The notes beneath the pieces were generated by a model. The model was not told the origin of the DNA. It saw only the letters and a list, made by a program, of their open reading frames with translations, and did no database searches. Source: a virus (lineage: Duplodnaviria; Caudoviricetes). Taken from it: a stretch of DNA of 64,000 nt. The translations under genes and the position numbers were made by a program. This document shows positions 9,676-18,242 of this stretch, in pieces. The DNA lies in IMG/VR virus record IMGVR_UViG_3300027708_000013; one strand, 5' to 3'. Each line of letters starts with the position of its first letter. Position 1 is the first letter of the stretch.

Positions 9676-10294
9676 AGAACTTTACTGAGTTAATTAATTC
9701 GTAGTCTGCGGCAAAGTAATCTTTGACTGCTTTGAGATATCGAGGATTTTGTATTTCTCTCTCAAATATATTTTTAAACTTTTTACGTATGGGATCTGCT
9801 TCACTGACATGTTGTGGTTCATACCTATGATACCTATTAGGCATACCCTGTTCATCCAAGAACACACTGAAGTCTTGTCTATAGTATTCGTCACATAGAA
9901 AAAACACACATTGTTCACTGTCAAGTCCATGTACAAAGTTTACTTGACGCTCGGTGTGGTCGTCAAATGCAATTCTATCAAAAATTAAATCCATGGCTTC
10001 TAGATCATGCATGATAAAATCTGGATGATACAGTGCAAGGTATTCGGCAATGCCCGAAATCCAACGCTCAACAGGATCACGCAGTACCACCATGGCTGTT
10101 TTGATCTGAAGAATTCTATCTGTGTGATAGTTGTAGAACTCCCAACCAAAATCTTTCAAGTTGGGTTTGGTCCACGAGCTGGCATTTTTAGGAATGTTGA
10201 CATACATGAGATCCGTGTTGTTGCTGGACATGCATTGACCATACACATGGCCTTTTGAACTCCACTGAGTTAAAAATCCTGCATCAATCTTCAT
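9662..10294 (-). CDS. Sulfotransferase family-like protein
   Basis: YVNIPKNASS (5'-PSB-like) and VLRDPVERWISG (3'-PB-like) motifs. Confidence 0.6.
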   Translation of the reverse strand: MKIDAGFLTQWSSKGHVYGQCMSSNNTDLMYVNIPKNASSWTKPNLKDFGWEFYNYHTDRILQIKTAMVVLRDPVERWISGIAEYLALYHPDFIMHDLEAMDLIFDRIAFDDHTERQVNFVHGLDSEQCVFFLCDEYYRQDFSVFLDEQGMPNRYHRYEPQHVSEADPIRKKFKNIFEREIQNPRYLKAVKDYFAADYELINSVKFYGTR

Positions 10295-11022
10295 TTGGTC
10301 TGTGCTGGGATAATGTAAGAGTATTCTGCAAGTCCAGAGTCTACGGTGATCATAGCAGCACCTTCATCGGAGATTTTAAATGTTTTGTCTCCACTTAGAT
10401 TTAAAATACTGATAACAGCCGCAACTGGCCAATTCCATGCTTTAGAGATAGTACCCGAAACTCCTGCTTGAAACACAAAGTTACCTGCATGACTGCTGGC
10501 ATCACCAAAGAAGAATTTCAAGTCACCGTTTTCGGTTTTGGCAATGAATGTGGTTTCTTCACTGTTGGCACTGGCTTGAAATTTCAAACGTTGAATATTT
10601 GCATTGGTGGGAACAAAGTCCACACCCCATTTGACACCTTTGAATTTCACTGCTTTGAGTTTGTCATTGATGATTTCTGCAGCCATAAAACGATAGTCGT
10701 TTTTAAAGTCGCCGGCGGCATTTTGAAAATGTACTCCTGCGGGAATAGATTCACCGTTACGGTCTTGACGATTGATACTGAGTTGTGCATTTTCTCTGTA
10801 TTCTGGAATACCCAAAATAGTATTGAGTTTGCCCAAGTTAGGCATACCAAACACACCAATGAAATCTGGATGTGCTGATTTGAATCGTGCTTCTACGATG
10901 ACTGATCTATCTTCGGCCACTGCATTGATCACTGTGTCGTCTTCAGTGCCGGTAATTTTAACTAGGTCAATAATGCCCAGTCCGTGTGTGTGCGATACGA
11001 TATCTTTTAAAAAATCTTGCAT
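10291..11022 (-). CDS. DNA polymerase sliding clamp (gp45/PCNA-like)
   Basis: 243 aa, two-domain size, ends ...ITVDSGLAEYSYIIPAQ; PolB and clamp loader also in window. Confidence 0.7.
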   Translation of the reverse strand: MQDFLKDIVSHTHGLGIIDLVKITGTEDDTVINAVAEDRSVIVEARFKSAHPDFIGVFGMPNLGKLNTILGIPEYRENAQLSINRQDRNGESIPAGVHFQNAAGDFKNDYRFMAAEIINDKLKAVKFKGVKWGVDFVPTNANIQRLKFQASANSEETTFIAKTENGDLKFFFGDASSHAGNFVFQAGVSGTISKAWNWPVAAVISILNLSGDKTFKISDEGAAMITVDSGLAEYSYIIPAQTK

Positions 11023-11042
11023 ATAGTTCTCCTGTTGTATGT

Positions 11043-11072
11043 ATTATACGTGATTGTATTTAGACCTGTCAA
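11043..11072 (-). promoter_or_regulatory. Consensus sigma70 promoter TTGACA-N18-TATAAT with an embedded late-type CTAAATA
   Basis: Minus strand reads TTGACA GGTCTAAATACAATCACG TATAAT upstream of the clamp RBS AGGAG. Confidence 0.8.
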
Positions 11073-12004
11073 CGTTCTTGGTATTTTATTTCGCCCAATA
11101 CTTGGTGTGCTTTGACTGTGTGTAAGGTTCCTGGCCGTTGAATTTCCAACCAGGTGATGTTGTATTGATTGAAATCACTGTGTATGCAGTAGCCTAGACT
11201 TTCGCACAAAGGTATCAATAGGCTCTTGGGCATATATGTCTGTGCAAACGATTCGGCTAGCCCGGCACCATGTGTGGTGTCACCATCATTGTAACTGAAC
11301 ATAAACACACCACCCGGTCTCAGTAACTCAAATATCTGTCTCAGGTACGATTTCATAGTGTCCAAGCTGACATAATTAAAATATCCCCAGCTGAAAACAA
11401 AGCTCATTTGTTGCAGTGGCAATGCAGATAAATCATGATTGCTTATGCGATATTTTCTCAATCTTGTTTGGTACTCTGGAGTAAACTGACTGTTGGTTGA
11501 GTCAAGGAAATCCTGATTGGGATCTGCTAGGTATAAGGGATCCGCTGCCACCATGTACTGTGTCCATTCACCGTCTCTACAGCCAATTTCCAAGGCCGGA
11601 TATCTCCAGCTGGTATGCAACATTATACGTTGTTTTATGTCTTGTTCGGTATCGGGCAATATTGCGATTCGTCTATTGGTTCTAATAGATTCTATGGTTC
11701 CCGGCTGTTGCTCTATGCCGTAATTGTTGGCAAACAGTCTATGAGTTATTTCGTTGATTTGATTGTTGATCTTTTCAATCCTGGGCCCTAACTCATCTGC
11801 CTGTTGCACTAAATTTTCAATTGAGTGTATAAGTTTAATGATGTTGGTTTGAATGTATTGTTTGTGTTCGTCACTGATGTCGCTGACCTGTGACTCAATG
11901 TTTTCAAAATTACGTTTCAACTGTTGCAATTCTTCAATGGCAGAGTCAACTGCCATTGCTTCAAGCAACGATTGTCGTAGTGCAACAAGATTGTATAAAT
12001 TCAT
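11069..12004 (-). CDS. Coiled-coil plus class I SAM-dependent methyltransferase
   Basis: N-terminal heptads; LEIGCRDG motif I, FVFSWGYFNY, LLRPGGVFMF. Confidence 0.7.
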   Translation of the reverse strand: MNLYNLVALRQSLLEAMAVDSAIEELQQLKRNFENIESQVSDISDEHKQYIQTNIIKLIHSIENLVQQADELGPRIEKINNQINEITHRLFANNYGIEQQPGTIESIRTNRRIAILPDTEQDIKQRIMLHTSWRYPALEIGCRDGEWTQYMVAADPLYLADPNQDFLDSTNSQFTPEYQTRLRKYRISNHDLSALPLQQMSFVFSWGYFNYVSLDTMKSYLRQIFELLRPGGVFMFSYNDGDTTHGAGLAESFAQTYMPKSLLIPLCESLGYCIHSDFNQYNITWLEIQRPGTLHTVKAHQVLGEIKYQER

Positions 12005-12006
12005 CT

Positions 12007-14676
12007 TTATTCAAATGTAAACAAACTGTCAAATGTAGTTTTAATGTCAGTGGCTTCAGCAATGCCCCACTCCAGCACACCCAACAAATTTTCCACCTTT
12101 TGATCCACAATGGTCACTTCCATGAGGTCGTTGTCAAATGGCAAGTTTTTAAACCAGTCGGGAATGTGACTTTCATCTGTGGGATAGCCCACCGACGTAT
12201 AGCCCAAAGGATTGTCCTTTAATTTACACACAATGGTTTTCATACCATCCACAATACTCATGGAATAGTTGTCACTCATCATGCGTTTTAAGTTGTTCCA
12301 ATTCATTGCAGCTCTAACATGTCCTGGCATGTTGGCCTTGCCCAAGCGTTTTTCTTCGGCTGTGTATTTGGTTAGATTGTTTACACGTTTGGGTGTACCT
12401 TTTTCCCAGGCCGGACGTTCAGCAAATTCAATCTTGAATTCTCTAACTCTATCCACCACACGTTGTCTAACATCTCCGGTGCCGGTGAGTACTTCCAATA
12501 AAATTTCACTGAGAAACTCCTGCACAATCTTGGGAGTATCACTGCGTTTCAAATCCAAGCCCATGGCCTTGACCTTACCCGGCCGACCCATGACATCCTG
12601 TCGCTTGCCTTCTTTATCATAGATCAACACAGCATAGCGTTTCTTTTTAATGAACAATCCTTTACTTGCTACCAGTTCTCTGCCACCTAGAATAATAGCA
12701 CCCATGTCTCTGGGGCAGTGACAAGCACGTTCCATGAACGCTGGGAAACTTTCATTTACACTTTGGGCAATGGTGTCGTACAGTTGTACGCAGATTTCCC
12801 GCGACCATTCCATTCTACCCGCCGCAACTTCCTCTTTGACTGCGGGCCACGCTGAGAAGTATACCGAGTCGGTGTCGCCGTATATAATCGACGAGCCCAC
12901 ATGGTCGTATTCGCCTGTAATGGCTTCATTAACATGTGCATCCATGTGCCTTGCAATGATGCGGCCAGTGAGTGTCGTGCTCTGACCAATGCGGTGGTCG
13001 AAGAACCTGCAACCCGGGTTGAGGATCGCACCGTAGAGGCTGTTGAGGTTGATTTTTTTGACCAACTGTCGTTTGTCCCAGAACGCAACATCTTCCGGAG
13101 TTTCTGCGGCTTCCTTTTTGGCTTGTAAGTCTTTTCGTTCGGCATACCATCTCTCCAGTAATCCAGGAATAATTCCTTTGGTGTCGTATCTAAATATTGT
13201 ACCATTGGCACTGAGTGTCCATGGTTGTCTGCTGTCAAAGATCATTCGCCATACTTCAGCGGCCGAGTGTACAGTACTTTTGCCCGAGTCCTCCCAGTCA
13301 ATGGTGATTTCTGTGCCGGGTTCGGCATTCATCACAGCAGTGTATTCCACACTACCAAACATGTTTTCCCAAGCATCAGCAAAACTACTGCCTGAGGCTA
13401 TTTTATCCCCAATGTATCTATCTGTCATGATGGGACGCAGTTGAGCCACAACAGTTTCTGGACCCATGTTGAGTGCTCGAATGGCTGAGGGATACAAACT
13501 GTTGATGTCTATGGCACCAATGTATTCGTGTACACCGCGTTTGGGATAGGCCACATAAGCACCTGCGGCTTGACTGTTGACTTCTTCGTCACGTCCTCTA
13601 CGGTTGGGGGCAATCATGCCACGACTGTGTGCTTCGTTGATGATGGCCTGTTCAGTAACAGCCACAGCACCCATTGTGGTGGGCAACAACACTGTGTTGT
13701 CATGTGCCAGTTCATTGGCTAGATCCAAGTAACGTAATTTCTTATCCAGTTTGGCCAACAAGGCCACGTCCTGACGATTGTAGTCTATGAACTTTTCAAA
13801 CTCTCTGTTGTACAGTTGATCCAAGGTGCCTTCGTAGGCAGTTTTATTGCCCACTTCTTCGTATTCGCCAATGGCATCTAAACTGTAACTGTGACGTTCT
13901 TCATAGGTGTATTTTCTATACAACTGCATATAGTCCATATGCACACGACCTATCAAATCAAATGTCAATTGTTCGGCACCAAAGCGTTCAAATGTTCGCT
14001 GTTTGGGAAACTGTCCCCACAAGCACAGGCGTCGTGTGTCGTCTTTGCTCAACACACGATTGATACGCATGGTGGTGTAGGGAATATCATATCCCTCACT
14101 ATTCCACCCGCTCAAGATGTCGGCATCGTCAATGATGTCCAGGAATGTGTTCAACATGTCTGCTTCACGTTCAAACAAGAAACAGTTGTCAAATTTACGG
14201 CAAATTTCTTCTGCCGATTGCCATGAGTAACTCCGGGGTGGCACCACTAGAGTAACCATCCGGTCCATCCAGTCCATGTACACTGATATTGAAGTGATGG
14301 CGTTGAATGGATCATCCGGCTTGGAATAGCCACGCTCGGGATCAAAGTCCACTTCAATATCAAAAAAGGCTGTGTGTAATCTGGGTGAAGCCACGCCGAG
14401 ATAGTTTTCCTCTAGGCAACGAAATATGGGATTGATATCGCTTTCCCACAGTTGCTTGTTGGAGTTTATGCGTAGTTCTTTTTGGAATTCTTTATTGTTA
14501 CGTGTGGTAAAACGGCTCACAGGTGTACCGTAGATGGTTCGATGTTTGCCCTTGGGGTCATCATAATACAGGGTGTAGTTGGCTGGATATTCTCGATAAA
14601 CTCGCTCACCTGCAACTCGTTCTACCACATGAATACGATCTTTATTGCGATCAAACAATGCGTCAATATAGCTGAT
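12007..14676 (-). CDS. Family B DNA polymerase (T4 gp43-like) with 3'-5' exonuclease
   Basis: FFDIEV, GWNSEGYDIPY, DINSLYPS, KKINLNSLYG, YGDTDS, KKRYA; probable start is ATC at 14676 behind AAGGAG. Confidence 0.95.
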   Translation of the reverse strand: MSYIDALFDRNKDRIHVVERVAGERVYREYPANYTLYYDDPKGKHRTIYGTPVSRFTTRNNKEFQKELRINSNKQLWESDINPIFRCLEENYLGVASPRLHTAFFDIEVDFDPERGYSKPDDPFNAITSISVYMDWMDRMVTLVVPPRSYSWQSAEEICRKFDNCFLFEREADMLNTFLDIIDDADILSGWNSEGYDIPYTTMRINRVLSKDDTRRLCLWGQFPKQRTFERFGAEQLTFDLIGRVHMDYMQLYRKYTYEERHSYSLDAIGEYEEVGNKTAYEGTLDQLYNREFEKFIDYNRQDVALLAKLDKKLRYLDLANELAHDNTVLLPTTMGAVAVTEQAIINEAHSRGMIAPNRRGRDEEVNSQAAGAYVAYPKRGVHEYIGAIDINSLYPSAIRALNMGPETVVAQLRPIMTDRYIGDKIASGSSFADAWENMFGSVEYTAVMNAEPGTEITIDWEDSGKSTVHSAAEVWRMIFDSRQPWTLSANGTIFRYDTKGIIPGLLERWYAERKDLQAKKEAAETPEDVAFWDKRQLVKKINLNSLYGAILNPGCRFFDHRIGQSTTLTGRIIARHMDAHVNEAITGEYDHVGSSIIYGDTDSVYFSAWPAVKEEVAAGRMEWSREICVQLYDTIAQSVNESFPAFMERACHCPRDMGAIILGGRELVASKGLFIKKKRYAVLIYDKEGKRQDVMGRPGKVKAMGLDLKRSDTPKIVQEFLSEILLEVLTGTGDVRQRVVDRVREFKIEFAERPAWEKGTPKRVNNLTKYTAEEKRLGKANMPGHVRAAMNWNNLKRMMSDNYSMSIVDGMKTIVCKLKDNPLGYTSVGYPTDESHIPDWFKNLPFDNDLMEVTIVDQKVENLLGVLEWGIAEATDIKTTFDSLFTFE

Positions 14677-14683
14677 GATAATT

Positions 14684-14749
14684 CTCCTTGAGTGTGACTT
14701 TGAGCTCACACAGCTCTACATGTTCGTAAGTGAACGACTCTATATTATA
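14684..14749 (-). promoter_or_regulatory. Polymerase leader: -10 TATAAT, hairpins and SD AAGGAG
   Basis: GTGTGA-GCTCAAAG-TCACAC stem-loop (14692-14711) just upstream of the SD; GTTC-ACTTAC-GAAC hairpin; TATAAT at 14744-14749. Confidence 0.55.
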
Positions 14750-15050
14750 CTGTTTTACTTATCATGTGAACAAGACCTATAATATCAATAGTAACAAGGA
14801 GGCAGTAATTAGCCAACATACCAAAGCTACCACGAGTCCAGCTTGCCCAAGCGTACATGCAACATCCTGAAATCCAAAAAGGGTACATGAAGAGGAGAGG
14901 AGGATTAGGTACAGTAAGGGCCATAGTAATGCTACAACCCACACTGATAGCCCAAGCCAAAATTTCAATACAGAACCTAAGTGGCCACTGTTGATAGTCT
15001 CTTTTAGCCCACTGATAAAGTTCGACGATGACATTGGCTACATGACCCAT
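14745..15050 (-). CDS. Small multi-pass membrane hypothetical protein
   Basis: Three hydrophobic segments. Confidence 0.65.
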   Translation of the reverse strand: MGHVANVIVELYQWAKRDYQQWPLRFCIEILAWAISVGCSITMALTVPNPPLLFMYPFWISGCCMYAWASWTRGSFGMLANYCLLVTIDIIGLVHMISKTV

Positions 15051-15310
15051 TAAAGAGTGTGGCCTGCTGTTTCTAAAATCTCATTCAATTCCTCGTGATC
15101 GGCATTGGTGTCAGTGAGTTTTGATTTTTGAGCAATTTTGATGGCTTTTTTCAACAGTGCTGGTTTGAGTTCTAATTCTTCGGCAATGGCCTTGACTGTT
15201 TCGCTCAAGCCTTCATTCAGTGCTTCAATTTCGGTAAGCACAGCAATACCTTCGTTGAACACTTGTTGTAATTTTGCACGTTGTTCGGCACTAAACATTC
15301 TTGATGTCAT
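15050..15310 (-). CDS. T4 DsbA-like / GapR-like dsDNA-binding protein
   Basis: 86-aa helical: L..I..LNE.L.E.VK.IAEEL.LKP.LLKKAIK; AGGAG RBS. Confidence 0.6.
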   Translation of the reverse strand: MTSRMFSAEQRAKLQQVFNEGIAVLTEIEALNEGLSETVKAIAEELELKPALLKKAIKIAQKSKLTDTNADHEELNEILETAGHTL

Positions 15311-15338
15311 AAAATTCTCCTGTTGTGATTAATATGTT

Positions 15339-15367
15339 ATTGTATATTATAAAAGTTGAAAAAGCAA
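15339..15367 (-). promoter_or_regulatory. Sigma70-type promoter TTGCTT-N17-TACAAT
   Basis: Direct read upstream of the dsbA-like gene. Confidence 0.55.
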
Positions 15368-15379
15368 AGAATATTTGCT
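15358..15379 (-). terminator. Weak intrinsic terminator-like hairpin ending the late cargo operon
   Basis: AGCAAA-TATTC-TTTGCT followed by a T run. Confidence 0.4.
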
Positions 15380-15468
15380 CGTTTTAGGGAGTTTTGGGCA
15401 CGACTCCTACTCCTCCCAGGCCAGCAGCCGGCCACACCAAAACCACAAGGGTCCTAAGGTAGGTGTTC
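15375..15468 (-). ncRNA. Putative structured non-coding RNA element
   Basis: GC-rich island in AT-rich intergenic DNA with stems ACACC/GGTGT, GGCCG/TGGCC, GGGAG/CTCCC. Confidence 0.45.
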
Positions 15469-15474
15469 TTTACG

Positions 15475-16995
15475 CTAGTAGATACTGATGGGATCCACTA
15501 TGACCAACTGTCCGTTGGCACGTCTTCTAATATTTTCAATCTGACCCAAATCCAAATTATAACCTTTGGGTCCAACTAGACCCTCAATGATCGCTTCGGT
15601 GGCATATATTAGGCCATCCAATTCTTGTTCGCTGATGCCGGAGGGTCTTGGTTTATTCATCATGAACGCATTTACCCCCAGCTGACCGCGTGCCATGGCT
15701 GTCATTAAATCCTCAATGTACTCTAGAGTAGCTTCTTCACTGGCCACATACTCCAAATACTCTGTTTCGTACACAAAATAAGTTTCTTCGCCCAGCTGAA
15801 AATCTCCTGAATTGTATATTCGTGGATAATGTGGGTTGCGTTGATTGCGTTGAAAAAACTCCACATAGTCACGCACAGCTTGTTCTCTATCACCATCACC
15901 CACACCCAGCACCTTGACTATGGTGTTTCTTGGACTTTTGAAAACTATTTGATCCCGCCCTTCACCCACGTACTTGTAGCCTTTTGAAAAGAAATAATCC
16001 TGTATTCTTTCGCTCACTTCAAGTTCATCTGCATCGTTGACTTCTTTTACTAATTCTTTTTTCTGTTGTTCCCAGATATTTTTACTTGGTTTATGTTTGT
16101 TCCAAAACCCAGCACCAGCCGCAGTTTGTGAAGGATTACGGCGTATTTTATATCCTTGATTTTTCATATAGTCATACATGGTGGCAGCAATGCCTTGACC
16201 ACGACAGCGATCATCAACTTCTAAATCTTCTGGTGTAAGATATTCGCCATCAAATGAAAACAGCACATGTCCCAGTTCTTGACCGTCGCTTCTAGCAATA
16301 ACATATATGAGTGGTTCATCATCCGGGTCAGCTATATAACCTTCAATATCATCTTGTGTTTCAATTGAAATATCTATGCCGTTGTAGTGTACAGTTTTGG
16401 CCTCTGCAACAGATTCTCTCGCAAATTCTCTGGCTCTGCCTTCTGGATCCACATGCCAAGCATAGAATCTTGTGTCGGGATATTCCTGCTTCAATTCCAT
16501 AAAACTGTTCAAGTTGGGCACAGCATCATCATACATGATGGCCTTGGTGTAACTACCTTGATCTAATAAATCACGTATGATCTTCTTTTTCTTTTCTTCT
16601 GTGGTAGCACCCTGCATGTTGCCGGCACGGTACACATGCACACGACTCATGTCAACACCGTACTTGCGGAACGTGTCTAAAAATAATTCTTTATCATCAA
16701 AGTCAGCTCTGGCCGTCACCATCACAACTCGGTTGCCTGTGGCAATATCGTGCTTGAGTTGATTCATCATGGGAATAATTGGACGCGATTTTTCAAAGAA
16801 TTCTTGTGCGTTTCTAAAGTCCGCAAAGTCAAATTCCTCGCCAGGCTGGAGTCGGTACAGTGTAAAGTCATGACTGTTTAAACTTTTAACTACAGCACCA
16901 TTGCGAATCACATGCACTTGAGTTTGCGTGTGCACCAAGGTGTCGTCTATGTCAAAGACAACTAATTTACTTGGTTGTATTTCATCAGCTCTCAC
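15475..16995 (-). CDS. Tri-domain protein: HAD phosphatase + GNAT acetyltransferase + protein-kinase-like domain
   Basis: VVFDIDDTL/YDD (HAD); LEVDDRCRGQGIA..MY (GNAT motif A); VGEGRDQIVF..VKVL, YPRIY, LDL..ENI...LVIVDP (kinase-like). Confidence 0.7.
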   Translation of the reverse strand: MRADEIQPSKLVVFDIDDTLVHTQTQVHVIRNGAVVKSLNSHDFTLYRLQPGEEFDFADFRNAQEFFEKSRPIIPMMNQLKHDIATGNRVVMVTARADFDDKELFLDTFRKYGVDMSRVHVYRAGNMQGATTEEKKKKIIRDLLDQGSYTKAIMYDDAVPNLNSFMELKQEYPDTRFYAWHVDPEGRAREFARESVAEAKTVHYNGIDISIETQDDIEGYIADPDDEPLIYVIARSDGQELGHVLFSFDGEYLTPEDLEVDDRCRGQGIAATMYDYMKNQGYKIRRNPSQTAAGAGFWNKHKPSKNIWEQQKKELVKEVNDADELEVSERIQDYFFSKGYKYVGEGRDQIVFKSPRNTIVKVLGVGDGDREQAVRDYVEFFQRNQRNPHYPRIYNSGDFQLGEETYFVYETEYLEYVASEEATLEYIEDLMTAMARGQLGVNAFMMNKPRPSGISEQELDGLIYATEAIIEGLVGPKGYNLDLGQIENIRRRANGQLVIVDPISIY

Positions 16996-17366
16996 GATTC
17001 AAAAAACTCCGGATGCTGTTCGCCAAAGTCACGCATGAGTACACCGGCTTCAGCATTGGCTTGATTTTCGGCCGCACTGCCTGTGGCTCCATCACCTGGA
17101 TCTAGTTCGTCCTGTTCTCTTTGACGTGCATGCACCAGCTCATGTGCCAGGGTACGTAACACATCAACGGGGTGTCTATCGCCCACAACTAGGTTTATTT
17201 GTTCTGTGTCTAGGTCAAATCCACCAAAGGCAGTGCCAGTGGGTTCACGAAGCAATCGAATTTTGGGAACAGATTTTAATTTTACTTGATCAACAAACCA
17301 AGGCAAGTACTGCCGAACCACTGACACAGTGTCCTGACCTTCAACCAGTATCTCAACAATTTTCAT
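16992..17366 (-). CDS. Zincin-like metallopeptidase with short Glu-ending leader
   Basis: RTLAHELVHARQ (HExxH), downstream E..ANA.AG; starts MKIVEILVE-G. Confidence 0.7.
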   Translation of the reverse strand: MKIVEILVEGQDTVSVVRQYLPWFVDQVKLKSVPKIRLLREPTGTAFGGFDLDTEQINLVVGDRHPVDVLRTLAHELVHARQREQDELDPGDGATGSAAENQANAEAGVLMRDFGEQHPEFFES

Positions 17367-18166
17367 TTTTTATGGCCTGACTTCATGTTGGCACACCATT
17401 GATACATTCGTTTACGTTCTCCCGATGCTGCTTTGGCTTTTTGTTTTAGACTGGTCACCGATCCCTTACAACTGGCACCTGCACGTTTTACACGTCCGGG
17501 ACGACTCTTGCCTCGGACCTTGCCATCGGCAAAGTTTTCTTTTACTACTTGTGCTTGTTGTGCCAATTCTGGAGTCACTGTGAATTCACTGTTGGGTGCC
17601 GAGGCCACACTATCGGTGTACTGTGCTAAATCTTGAGTGGGCACATCTATATAGGTCAATGATCCACCGTACTGTTGTAAAAACGGTAATGCTATGCCCA
17701 CTAAACTGTTGGTAAAAGTTGGATTTTGTCCCACTTCGCCGGGCCTATTGCCGCGCCACAAGCGTGTGTGGCCAGACTCAACAGGAGCCAGTTGACTTTC
17801 AATCTCCTGTGCCTGCTGTATCAAACTTTGAATACGTGGCGTGTCCATGTAACTTTGACCGTTGTAGTTTAATCCAGTGTTTTCTTTTAACTTTTGTTTC
17901 TTAATCCAATTGTCCGGAATGAGATTGTGTGCTTTGACAAAATCATCATGTAGTTTTTGACCTGTTATGTTGTGACTCCGGCAGATTCGTTGCATCATGG
18001 CATCTATGTTTTCATAGTTCATCTCGGTGCCGTTTTTCTTGGCACGTATCAGGGCCGTTTCTAATGCTGCTACTGCTCCATCCTTGGCTGTGCCCTTGGC
18101 GGATAAAGGCTCCATGGGTCCGGAGTATTTGCCTTCTATTAGATCAACGATTTCTAAGATTTTCAT
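17363..18166 (-). CDS. Modular protein with leader MKILEIVDLIE and basic C-terminal module
   Basis: Modules separated by LKE/VKE; K/R-rich Cys-containing tail. Confidence 0.7.
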   Translation of the reverse strand: MKILEIVDLIEGKYSGPMEPLSAKGTAKDGAVAALETALIRAKKNGTEMNYENIDAMMQRICRSHNITGQKLHDDFVKAHNLIPDNWIKKQKLKENTGLNYNGQSYMDTPRIQSLIQQAQEIESQLAPVESGHTRLWRGNRPGEVGQNPTFTNSLVGIALPFLQQYGGSLTYIDVPTQDLAQYTDSVASAPNSEFTVTPELAQQAQVVKENFADGKVRGKSRPGRVKRAGASCKGSVTSLKQKAKAASGERKRMYQWCANMKSGHKK

Positions 18167-18242
18167 ACAGGTGCGTAGGGATTCGTTGGTCTATCATCGT
18201 TGGGGTTTTCCTTTTCAGGATACACAGGATAAGGATAGTTCA

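Noticed and set aside
12007-14676. Intein or intron in the DNA polymerase
   Set aside because: Motifs are collinear with normal spacing in a ~890-aa ORF; no splice-junction or homing-endonuclease motifs were seen.
15050-15310. T4 gp33 late co-activator
   Set aside because: The helical pattern fits DsbA/GapR-type DNA-binding proteins better; there is no acidic-hydrophobic clamp-binding C-terminus.
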